Positions 63,457 through 64,000 of a stretch of 64,000 bases of DNA are shown piece after piece (the stretch's first letter is position 1; each line of letters opens with the position of its first letter). A program made the translations under genes and the position numbers. The notes under the pieces were generated by a model. It was not told the origin of the DNA. It worked only from the letters and a program-made list of their open reading frames with translations, and made no database searches. Location: positions 34,991,216-35,055,215 of the forward strand of contig NC_086385.1 in NCBI RefSeq assembly GCF_036588685.1, in the 5' to 3' direction. The DNA comes from Mytilus trossulus. Lineage: Eukaryota.

Positions 63457-64000
63457 CGGGCTTCAATCTCTTCATTTTTCATTTATCTCTTCATTTATGT
63501 ATGTTTCACATACCTGCCAAACCTTTATTTTTCTATATTTTAACATTTTTCATAGAGACTCATGATTTCTCCATCTAGCCTTTCATTTTCAAAGATTATC
63601 ACGTGACCACGAGAAAACAGTTCAAATGACCATAATGTAACACCTCGTTCATTTACTATGCAGGTTTCCTAAATGACCGAGAGCTTCCGATTGTTATCGT
63701 GGTCGGAACTAAATGCTTGTTACCGATCTCTTGTAAAGGAGGAGAAAAAACGTGGTTGCTTCTTAATGTTAACCATTGATCTCCTATAAAGGAGGTAACA
63801 ATATAAAGATATTTGCATATTTGAGTCTCGAGGCCACGAACTCTCTCGTAACTTGACGTCCATTTGAAAGTGAAAGTCAAAAATGGAGAAATCATGGGTC
63901 TCTGTGAAAAATGTTAAAATATAGAAAAATAAAGGTTTGGCAGGTAGGTGAAACATACATAAATGAAGAGATAAATGAAAAATGAAGAGATTGAAGCCCG
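63457..64000. repeat. Long inverted repeat running off the window end
   Basis: 63457-63593 is the near-perfect reverse complement of 63864-64000, with a ~270-bp spacer. Confidence 0.9.

Noticed and set aside
63249-63956. Two ORFs on opposite strands sharing MFH.PAKPLFFYILTFF.ETHDFSI
   Set aside because: Explained entirely by the DNA inverted repeat.

Overview
AT-rich animal genomic DNA with spliceosomal introns; the repeat landscape (Helentron/HINE-type elements, Nin/Deu-type SINE fragments, poly-G/C MITEs) points to a bivalve mollusc, probably Mytilus (inference). The window holds a tandem, same-strand array of four carnosine synthase-like (CARNS1/ATPGD1, ATP-grasp ligase) paralogs. Copy 1 (10067-17855) is an intact 6-exon gene of 955 codons plus stop. 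Copy 2 (25353-~39550) is a pseudogene with a full-length ~7.2 kb L1/Tx1-like LINE in exon 4 (14-bp TSD). Copy 3 (41586-60860) is a pseudogene hit by a 36-bp hairpin insertion in exon 2 and by an ~11.8 kb Sola3-type DNA transposon in exon 6; that transposon has an intron-containing transposase and nested elements. Copy 4 begins at 62463, inside a close duplicate of the copy-1 upstream region. Most notable: a 35-36 bp palindromic element with 7-bp TSDs at two sites, a ~100-copy 28-bp satellite grown inside the TIR of an 8-bp-TSD transposon (with a 981-bp higher-order duplication), a probable gene-conversion tract in exon 5, and an 83-bp micro-MITE with a demonstrable empty site. All coordinates were read by eye and no database search was run.
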